Source: a virus. From it: a DNA stretch of 6,129 bases. The stretch covers positions 1 to 6,129 of IMG/VR virus record IMGVR_UViG_3300020040_000005, one strand, 5' to 3'. Numbering within the stretch: position 1 is the first letter of the stretch; each line of letters begins with the position of its first letter. The notes under the pieces are model-generated. The model did not search any database and was not told the DNA's origin. It was given only the letters and a program-made list of their open reading frames with translations. Below, piece by piece: positions 1 to 4,542 of the stretch. The position numbers and the translations under genes are program-made.

Positions 1-121
1 AAATCGATTATTTTTCTCTATATCCTCTTGAACTCTAAGAACATCATGCGCAGCCAAGTTATGTTTAGTAATCGCTTCATCGAGCGCCACACGAGCTTGA
101 GCCATAGCGGTGTAAAGCTGA
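1..121. repeat. Terminal redundancy, copy 1. Exact duplicate of 6009..6129, the overlap left when a circular 6008-nt genome is written out linearly.
   Basis: Base-by-base reading shows aaatcgattatttttctctatatcctcttgaactctaag...gccatagcggtgtaaagctga at both window ends with a constant offset of 6008. The repeat lies inside the VP2 reading frame, which is only complete after circularisation. Confidence 0.95.
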
Positions 122-648
122 TTTCCAACGTTTTGGGCGTCAATAGAACGAGCTTCGGCTTCATCGCGAGCAGCAGCAGCTTGATTGCGGTGAGATTCAG
201 AAGAAGTAAGCATGTTTTGGCTAACAGCCGTCATGTCGAGAGGGCCAACGCCAGGGGCAGAAAAACTACCTGATGGACCAGCGGCACCGACAGAGCCAGC
301 TGAGCCACCAGACATAGTAGCATTGACTCCAACACCTGAAGAACCTAAAACAGCGGCAGGCGAAATGCCAGCGTTACGATAACGATCAAAGACCTTAGAA
401 GGGTCGTTGTAGTCGTTTTCATAATCAAATTGTCTTTGCCAATTGTTATACTCAAATTCAGCCTGTTTCTGCATCTGCTCAAGGGCGTACTTTTGCTGAA
501 GGGCCATTTGCTTTTGAGTATACTTCCACTGGCGACGGGCGTTCATGCCTGCGAAAATCTGACCAATACCACCAGAAATAAGGCCAGAAGCGCCAGTCTG
601 AGCAGCAGACTGACCAAGAGAAGCGCCAAAAGAAAGAGGAGCAGGCAT
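1..648 (-). CDS. VP2: DNA pilot / minor capsid protein VP2 (phiX174 H-like role), N-terminal 216 codons. The ORF continues across the circular junction into 6008..5307 for a full product of 449 aa.
   Basis: It is absent from the ORF track because it runs off the left edge. The ATG is at 648..646, followed by 216 codons with no stop down to base 1 (hand-translated): MPAPLSFGASLGQSAAQTGASGLISGGIGQIFAGMNARRQWKYTQKQMALQQKYALEQMQKQAEFEYNNWQRQFDYENDYNDPSKVFDRYRNAGISPAAVLGSSGVGVNATMSGG...NQLYTAMAQARVALDEAITKH. This reads in frame into the 268-aa track ORF (MAQARVALDEAITKH...) through the repeat. It has a Gly/Ala-rich hydrophobic N-terminus, a Q/K/E-rich helical middle and the segment YNDPSKVFDRYRNAGISPAAV. 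The latter matches the Y-N-x-P...R...AG-[LI]-[NS]-P signature I recall from microvirus VP2 proteins. Confidence 0.8.
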   Translation of the reverse strand, partial: MPAPLSFGASLGQSAAQTGASGLISGGIGQIFAGMNARRQWKYTQKQMALQQKYALEQMQKQAEFEYNNWQRQFDYENDYNDPSKVFDRYRNAGISPAAVLGSSGVGVNATMSGGSAGSVGAAGPSGSFSAPGVGPLDMTAVSQNMLTSSESHRNQAAAARDEAEARSIDAQNVGNQLYTAMAQARVALDEAITKHNLAAHDVLRVQEDIEKNNRF

Positions 649-649
649 A

Positions 650-841
650 CTAGGGAAGCGTAAAATTGTTTGAACGAACAATATAATCTACTCGAACTGT
701 GTCAATATGAACGCCAGAGCGAGAAACTCTTGCCTGCGCGGAACACGAGGCACAGAAAAAGGCTGCAAGAGCGGCAATAATAGACGAAACGAGAGTCCAG
801 AATGCCTTCGATTTGTAGAAAGGTTGTTTAGTGTCAGACAT
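650..841 (-). CDS. Small exported or membrane-anchored protein, 63 aa, with a signal-peptide / lipobox-like N-terminus. Function unknown.
   Basis: ATG at 841..839 and TAG at 652..650, one nt before the VP2 ATG (TAGTATG). Product: MSDTKQPFYKSKAFWTLVSSIIAALAAFFCASCSAQARVSRSGVHIDTVRVDYIVRSNNFTLP. It has a Lys-containing n-region, a ~17-aa hydrophobic core, then C-A-S-C (lipobox-like) and A-Q-A|R (signal peptidase I-like). By hand count 28 of 63 codons end in T, matching the bias of VP4 and the other genes. The track's 83-aa version starts at a TTG (901), which I consider less likely. Confidence 0.55.
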   Translation of the reverse strand: MSDTKQPFYKSKAFWTLVSSIIAALAAFFCASCSAQARVSRSGVHIDTVRVDYIVRSNNFTLP

Positions 842-977
842 AGTAGATAAGATTAAAGAACGATAGAAAAATGCGCGACCTCTCCTGCAGTCGAATACCA
901 ATAACCTTCAAGCAATTCACGTACTCTTGCAGAAGGGGTTCGCGCACATAACATATATCGTCAAGTAAAGAATACAT
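834..977 (-). CDS. Doubtful 47-aa ORF filling the gap between ORF98 and ORF63.
   Basis: Hand-translated and below the track cutoff: MYSLLDDICYVREPLLQEYVNCLKVIGIRLQERSRIFLSFFNLIYYV. Its ATG (977..975) overlaps the ORF98 stop as TAATG, and its TGA (836..834) overlaps the ORF63 start as ATGTCTGA. That fits the coupling pattern of the operon. Against it, the ORF uses TTA, ATA and CTA codons that the real genes avoid, has only 18/47 T-ending codons and contains the 905-936 hairpin. Confidence 0.2.
   Translation of the reverse strand: MYSLLDDICYVREPLLQEYVNCLKVIGIRLQERSRIFLSFFNLIYYV
905..936 (-). promoter_or_regulatory. Interrupted hairpin in the ORF98-ORF63 spacer, a possible partial terminator or attenuator ahead of the VP2 gene.
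   Basis: ccttc (905-909) pairs with gaagg (932-936) and gcaa (912-915) pairs with ttgc (927-930). That gives 9 bp with a small internal loop and an 11-nt apical loop. On the minus strand it is followed by TTATTGGTATT. Confidence 0.25.
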
Positions 978-1273
978 TATTTTTCTTCAGAATCGGCGGA
1001 CTTAGAGGTAGACTTCGATCTATCTAACTCAGAATCAATAAGTTCCTGTCCAACTTCAAGGCCATCGAACTTATCCATGCGGGAATAGGAATTTGGGTCG
1101 AAATCAATCTCAGGATTAAAATTCTCACCTTTATCAAAATCAGACGGCGACGCTTCAACATCTGGACGACCAGGAAGGACGTCAACAGATCCCGATCCGT
1201 CAAGAACGGAGAGGATACGCTGACCACGAGAAATATAGGCGGGGGCATCTTCCAGTAACCAATCAAGTGCCAT
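977..1273 (-). CDS. Highly acidic 98-aa protein of unknown function. It may be an internal-scaffold analogue.
   Basis: ATG at 1273..1271, 12 nt after the VP1 stop, and TAA at 979..977. Product: MALDWLLEDAPAYISRGQRILSVLDGSGSVDVLPGRPDVEASPSDFDKGENFNPEIDFDPNSYSRMDKFDGLEVGQELIDSELDRSKSTSKSADSEEK. By hand count it has 23 D/E against 10 K/R. Codons are rich in T-endings like the hallmark genes. Confidence 0.6.
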   Translation of the reverse strand: MALDWLLEDAPAYISRGQRILSVLDGSGSVDVLPGRPDVEASPSDFDKGENFNPEIDFDPNSYSRMDKFDGLEVGQELIDSELDRSKSTSKSADSEEK

Positions 1274-1285
1274 AATATCAATAGT

Positions 1286-3076
1286 TTAACGATTAGACAA
1301 ACGAGTTGCAAAAGTCTTATTTACGAGATTCTTCTTTTGCACTGAATAGGACATATTCACGAAGAAATTGTCCTCTATATCAGAAGCAAAGGGTGAATTA
1401 ACCTGTGCCATATCGACGAACAAATTAGAATAATAAGTATTATAGCTTTGGGATAAAACTCTCTGCTGCACCCAATACGAATACAAGGGTATTCCCGACT
1501 CAACATTTTGGAAGCGTGAAAGCTGACCCAAAACTTCATCATAAGAAGACCTGAATTCATTAAAACAAGGTTCGGTCGCAACCGACTCAATCGAGGTTGT
1601 AGTTCCTAAACCAAACTGATAGTTAGGCACGTCCTGAAATCCTATGTCATTGTAAATCGGGTTAAAATAATCAGGCCCAGTATAATGAAGGTAATCGGGA
1701 TAAACGCCAGCCCAATAATAAACAGGGCGGATGCTCAACATATCGATCATATAGCCAGGCTCGCGGAAATAGTAAGATTGTCGGCGACCTAAGCGCGTAT
1801 TGAAAGCAATAGCGCCACCTTGCTGGCCAAGAGGAGGAAAGCTTTCAGCAGTACCAAAATTATTGTTACCTGCTTGATTCATAACAACCTGGACATTAAT
1901 AGTCTGCGAGGCACTAAACAAGAGTTTAGGGCGATCGACGTGCTCAATTTTCGAGGCGAAAAACGTTTCCAGCCAATCACTATATCGACTACCTCCAGCG
2001 CCAAGAAGGTCTTTATATTCCTGAAGGCGCGAAGCAATAGCCAGCTGGGGGATAGTTGTAACGCCAGTCATTGAAACGGCGGAAGACGAACCAGTAGGAA
2101 GTAAGCGACTATATCGATCAGGATTAGAGGGTACAACAGCCATAGGGTGCGCAACGGTGAAGGCGCCAAGGGTAGTAACAGTTGACGTACTAGCCTCGAT
2201 CGCGAGTTGCCCTGAAGGTCCTGCTTGAGTGAGAACGGCGTTGCCAGGATAAATAGTCGAAACGGGGTAGCCGTCCGACGAAGCCGCGGCAGGAACGCTA
2301 ACATCTGATAATACTATTTGCGAAAAAAGGTTTCCACGATTATAGGTGTTATTGGACGAAGATACAGCAGAAGGATAAAACTGACTTTCGAAGTAAGCAT
2401 CAAGGAATTCGAGATTTCCGAAGCGCTGCGAAAAGTAGGTCGATCTTTCCGTAAAATTCAAAACGTTATATGCAGAGCCAGAAGAATTTCGCAAGAAATG
2501 CCACGAACAAGGCCAAGCGAAAGAAAAGAGACCCCACTGGGAATAGCCATAGTAATTTCGAACAATATCCCAATAAGCAAGATAAGTGTCGGCGTTACAC
2601 CAACCGAGGGGATAGCCAAGTTGTGCCGTCGAAAGATTAGCGGTAACAGGCACATTCGAAGAGGTCGGCACGGGAATCGAAGAGGGAATAACGCGAAGCC
2701 AACGAAGGAGAGAATTCGGATAAGGCATGTTATGGACAGTAAATTCGTAGGAGCCAGTCGTAGATGCAGCAATGAAATTCAGACTCAAATTATTCATATC
2801 AAACTTACTGCTGTTTGTTCTCAACTCAGGATGATACAGCTGAAGCGGCACATAAAATCGATGCAAGCGAATGGTGTAAGGGTTAAACGTCGGAACAGCC
2901 AATGGGTTGCTACGGACATCAATCCCTTGCTCTATAGAAACACGGTCCCGAGCATTAATAAAATCAATTCGCACTGGGTAAAGAATACCCGGTGTGCATG
3001 TAAAAGCTTTACTCTCAGGAACATCATAGCGAGAGTAACCATTCACAACATGAGAGATGAAAGGTTGTTTTCCCAT
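1286..3076 (-). CDS. VP1: Major capsid protein VP1 (Microviridae F/VP1 family), 596 aa.
   Basis: Largest ORF, with ATG at 3076..3074 and TAA at 1288..1286. Three segments match conserved microvirus capsid blocks as I remember them. The N-terminal block is RYDVPESKAFTCTPGILYPVRIDFINARDRVSI. The strand block is TIRLHRFYVPLQLYHPEL (the ...FFVP.R.lW type). The central block is LQEYKDLLGAGGSRYSDWLETFFASKIEHVDRPKLL (compare aRgGsRY.E.i...FGV). Size and its position next to VP4 also fit. Confidence 0.95.
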   Translation of the reverse strand: MGKQPFISHVVNGYSRYDVPESKAFTCTPGILYPVRIDFINARDRVSIEQGIDVRSNPLAVPTFNPYTIRLHRFYVPLQLYHPELRTNSSKFDMNNLSLNFIAASTTGSYEFTVHNMPYPNSLLRWLRVIPSSIPVPTSSNVPVTANLSTAQLGYPLGWCNADTYLAYWDIVRNYYGYSQWGLFSFAWPCSWHFLRNSSGSAYNVLNFTERSTYFSQRFGNLEFLDAYFESQFYPSAVSSSNNTYNRGNLFSQIVLSDVSVPAAASSDGYPVSTIYPGNAVLTQAGPSGQLAIEASTSTVTTLGAFTVAHPMAVVPSNPDRYSRLLPTGSSSAVSMTGVTTIPQLAIASRLQEYKDLLGAGGSRYSDWLETFFASKIEHVDRPKLLFSASQTINVQVVMNQAGNNNFGTAESFPPLGQQGGAIAFNTRLGRRQSYYFREPGYMIDMLSIRPVYYWAGVYPDYLHYTGPDYFNPIYNDIGFQDVPNYQFGLGTTTSIESVATEPCFNEFRSSYDEVLGQLSRFQNVESGIPLYSYWVQQRVLSQSYNTYYSNLFVDMAQVNSPFASDIEDNFFVNMSYSVQKKNLVNKTFATRLSNR

Positions 3077-3079
3077 AAA

Positions 3080-4150
3080 TTAAATGATTAGTTGAAGTTT
3101 ATAATGATCTCCCCAAAAACGGAGAATATTCAGATCAAGCCAAGTAGGAGGATCGAAATCAGGCATTCTGCGGGAAGACGCGAAGAAACGCATCATTTGC
3201 TTTTGCTCCCACGTATACACGTCTCTACGGGATACGGCGGAATCGAGACCGAACCGCTTAACACACAGAGACACAACACGCCGAACCAAAGGAGACTTGC
3301 TGAAACGTGCATAGCTATCAGCAGCGGTAATCGAACGTATAACTTCGTCTTCTCGTTCAAGGTAGCGATTATAATATCGAGGAATCGAGTATTTATAATT
3401 GATACCACGCGAAAAATCGAAATAAGACCACGACGAAGTAGAGGCAGAAGGGCGAGGCATATAACCAAGAAAATCACCAACGCCAGCAGATACGAATTTT
3501 CTCGTATAACGGCGATGTTGGAGGACTGTAGCCAAAGGTGTAGTTTTTCCATTTATAGTAACGAATTTGTCCGAGACGTCCTCGGGGTTGAACTGAATTT
3601 GTTTAGTAACGTATTTAACAACGTATCGAGCGCGTTTGTGCGTACCTTTACCGAGCCACACAAATCCAAGGTCTCCAACAGCTTTCCGAATGTCCTTATA
3701 TAAAGCGTTTGTCCCGAAGAGAAAGCCGTGAAAGTGCAAGCGAGGCTCCGATCCGATTGCAGGGTGGGTACCAAACTCTTGAAAAAAAGCGTGTTTAAAA
3801 GAATGGCCAAGTTTGTGGCGAATTCGCTCGTTCCATCGCCGAATAAAACGAGTAGGATCAAGCAAAGCCTCCTCGTAATACTTAGGGGCGATTGTGATGG
3901 TAACAAATATAGCCTGCTGATATTCAACTTTACAACGGGCAAGTTCCCGCTCGAGTCGGACGAACCAATCATTGCGTTGACGGCGAAGACAGTCCTCGCA
4001 CTTGCCGCAGGGGACCATTAGCCATTGCCGCGAAATATCCCAAGGACGAAGAGCTAAGGCGGACTTAGCGACATCAGAACCGTTGCGACAAGGATTCCTC
4101 TTATCGAAATAACGGCGATTGCGTACCCATATAGGAGAAGAGCAGGGCAT
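3080..4150 (-). CDS. VP4: Replication initiator VP4, an HUH rolling-circle endonuclease equivalent to phiX174 protein A, 356 aa.
   Basis: ATG at 4150..4148 and TAA at 3082..3080, 3 nt before the VP1 ATG. The N-terminus reads MPCSSPIW...VPCGKCEDCLRRQRNDWFVRL, a Cys cluster typical of microvirus VP4. RCR motif 1 is FVTITI (aa 82-87, nt 3890-3907). The HUH motif is PRLHFHGFLFG (H-F-H at nt 3728-3736). The double-tyrosine motif is ARYVVKYVTK (Y176/Y180, nt 3611-3625), with the same Y-x-x-K-Y spacing as phiX174 A. Confidence 0.93.
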   Translation of the reverse strand: MPCSSPIWVRNRRYFDKRNPCRNGSDVAKSALALRPWDISRQWLMVPCGKCEDCLRRQRNDWFVRLERELARCKVEYQQAIFVTITIAPKYYEEALLDPTRFIRRWNERIRHKLGHSFKHAFFQEFGTHPAIGSEPRLHFHGFLFGTNALYKDIRKAVGDLGFVWLGKGTHKRARYVVKYVTKQIQFNPEDVSDKFVTINGKTTPLATVLQHRRYTRKFVSAGVGDFLGYMPRPSASTSSWSYFDFSRGINYKYSIPRYYNRYLEREDEVIRSITAADSYARFSKSPLVRRVVSLCVKRFGLDSAVSRRDVYTWEQKQMMRFFASSRRMPDFDPPTWLDLNILRFWGDHYKLQLII

Positions 4151-4350
4151 CAGAATAAGCTTTGGAGGTAGTCGAATTTAATATAAGGACGATCAAGAGA
4201 GCAGCGACGACAATAGTCTGCGGCAGCTTGTTCATCAGCAAACCAAGCTATAACAACACGATGCTTACCGCGGTAAAAACCAACGGAAAATCGGCAAGCA
4301 GAGGAATTGACAATGGGCGAAAAACGGGGTCTGTAATCGAAATAATCCAT
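4150..4350 (-). CDS. Hypothetical 66-aa protein whose stop overlaps the VP4 start.
   Basis: ATG at 4350..4348. Its TGA (4152..4150) shares one base with the VP4 ATG (TGATG). Product: MDYFDYRPRFSPIVNSSACRFSVGFYRGKHRVVIAWFADEQAAADYCRRCSLDRPYIKFDYLQSLF. By hand count 33 of 66 codons end in T, the same bias as VP4 (20 of its first 40). Confidence 0.55.
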   Translation of the reverse strand: MDYFDYRPRFSPIVNSSACRFSVGFYRGKHRVVIAWFADEQAAADYCRRCSLDRPYIKFDYLQSLF

Positions 4351-4374
4351 AATTATAAGATACTATATTGCGCA

Positions 4375-4396
4375 CGCGAAAGACGGTACTTTCGCG
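4375..4396 (-). other. Perfect 8-bp hairpin with a 6-nt loop.
   Basis: cgcgaaag (4375-4382), loop acggta (4383-4388), ctttcgcg (4389-4396). The arms are exact reverse complements. Confidence 0.8.
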
Positions 4397-4422
4397 GCGA
4401 AAACTGTTTCGTTACGCCGCCC

Positions 4423-4437
4423 GACGGCCTGACGGCC
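4423..4437. repeat. Tandem heptamer GACGGCC-t-GACGGCC.
   Basis: gacggcc at 4423-4429 and again at 4431-4437, a period of 8 nt. The internal ggcc/ggcc (4426-4429 and 4434-4437) is also self-complementary. Confidence 0.8.
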
Positions 4438-4456
4438 AGGACGCTTCGCGTCTTCG

Positions 4457-4470
4457 GGCTCCATGGCTCC
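4457..4470. repeat. Tandem hexamer GGCTCC-at-GGCTCC.
   Basis: ggctcc at 4457-4462 and 4465-4470, a period of 8 nt, spanning a ccatgg palindrome. Confidence 0.8.
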
Positions 4471-4486
4471 ACTTCACTAAAGTATT

Positions 4487-4502
4487 TACCGCCAAGGCGG
4501 TA
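4487..4502 (-). other. GC-rich hairpin TACCGCC-aa-GGCGGTA.
   Basis: taccgcc (4487-4493) and ggcggta (4496-4502) are exact reverse complements. The 2-nt loop means the innermost pair probably opens, giving 6 bp with a 4-nt loop. Confidence 0.75.
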
Positions 4503-4504
4503 GA

Positions 4505-4542
4505 ACAACAGCAAAAAGCCAAAGAGGGAAAAACTCCCCTCT
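4505..4542 (-). terminator. Candidate intrinsic terminator downstream of the ORF104a/ORF104b pair.
   Basis: On the minus strand AGAGGG-gagttttt-CCCTCT (stem 4523-4528 / 4537-4542) is followed by TTGGCTTTTTGCTGTTGTTC. It lies about 60 nt after the ORF104b stop (4604-4606). The stem is only 6 bp and the T tract is interrupted. Confidence 0.3.

Noticed and set aside
1-121. The terminal direct repeats read as biological DTRs/LTRs of a linear element or as a duplicated gene fragment.
   Set aside because: The repeat is exact, sits in the middle of the VP2 coding sequence and restores one continuous 449-aa frame when the ends are joined. Microviridae genomes are circular. This is the usual signature of a circular contig written linearly.
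842-901. TTG-initiated N-terminal extension of the small membrane ORF (the 83-aa version). Likewise the GTG-initiated 139-aa version of ORF104a (5246-5350).
   Set aside because: Both extensions use non-ATG starts although an in-frame ATG follows. The ORF104a extension overlaps the VP2 3' end and translates the A/T-run spacer into a poly-hydrophobic stretch. The ORF63 extension would overlap the hairpin region. The ATG starts give more sensible proteins.
1024-1311. A 95-aa TTG-started minus-strand ORF overlapping the VP1 end and ORF98. Other alternative-frame minus ORFs inside VP1 are 1375-1590, 2068-2304 and 2458-2772.
   Set aside because: They are off-frame readings of T-rich coding sequence, hydrophobic and repetitive, with mostly non-ATG starts. 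They lack the tight stop/start junctions that mark the real genes.
2318-3703. Long plus-strand ORFs opposite VP1 and VP4 (2318-3091, 257 aa; 3092-3703, 203 aa). The same applies to 28-273, 430-663, 1820-2074, 3728-4021, 4162-4503, 4739-4954 and 5256-5657.
   Set aside because: Each of these starts in the same triplet register as the minus-strand gene it overlaps (start coordinate mod 3 equals that of the gene's lowest codon base). In that register an antisense stop requires a sense TTA, CTA or TCA codon, and the real genes largely avoid these. The products are low-complexity and Arg/Ile/Lys-rich with no motifs. Microviruses transcribe only one strand. These ORFs are codon-bias shadows, not genes.
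3193-3972. Two consecutive same-strand ORFs in the +1 frame inside VP4 (3553-3972, 139 aa; 3193-3552, 119 aa). They are separated by a single stop (TAAATG), and the second has two TM-like segments. This recalls phiX174 lysis gene E embedded in gene D.
   Set aside because: In this frame a stop needs a VP4 codon of the form NTA followed by A/G, or NTG followed by A. NTA codons are rare here, so the frame stays open by default. Its second codon position is VP4's T-rich third position, which automatically yields Leu/Ile/Phe/Val-rich, TM-looking sequence. I see no independent evidence for these ORFs. Reduced synonymous variation in VP4 over 3193-3552 in related genomes would revive the idea.
4352-4367. 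E. coli-like -10 boxes on the minus strand just upstream of ORF66: TATAAT at 4357-4352 and TATAGT at 4367-4362.
   Set aside because: TATAAT ends 1 nt before the ATG, so transcription would start inside the ORF. No TTGACA-like -35 lies at 16-18 nt from either box. AT-rich hexamers of this kind are expected by chance at the edge of the spacer.
4348-4376. A dif-like (XerC/XerD) site on the minus strand, cGTGCGCAata-tagtat(c)-TTATaaTtAtg, next to the hairpin island. It would suggest Xer-mediated lysogeny as reported for some gokushovirus prophages. A second GCGCA-CATAA-CATATA half-site lies at 943-959 on the plus strand.
   Set aside because: Against E. coli dif (GGTGCGCATAA-TGTATA-TTATGTTAAAT) the match is only 8/11 in the XerC arm and 6/11 in the XerD arm, and it needs a 7-nt centre. 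My rough binomial estimate is that 8/11 arm matches occur more than ten times by chance in 12 kb of two-strand sequence, and a full two-arm match about once. The host's own dif is unknown. Finding this genome integrated next to a bacterial dif site would reverse this rejection.
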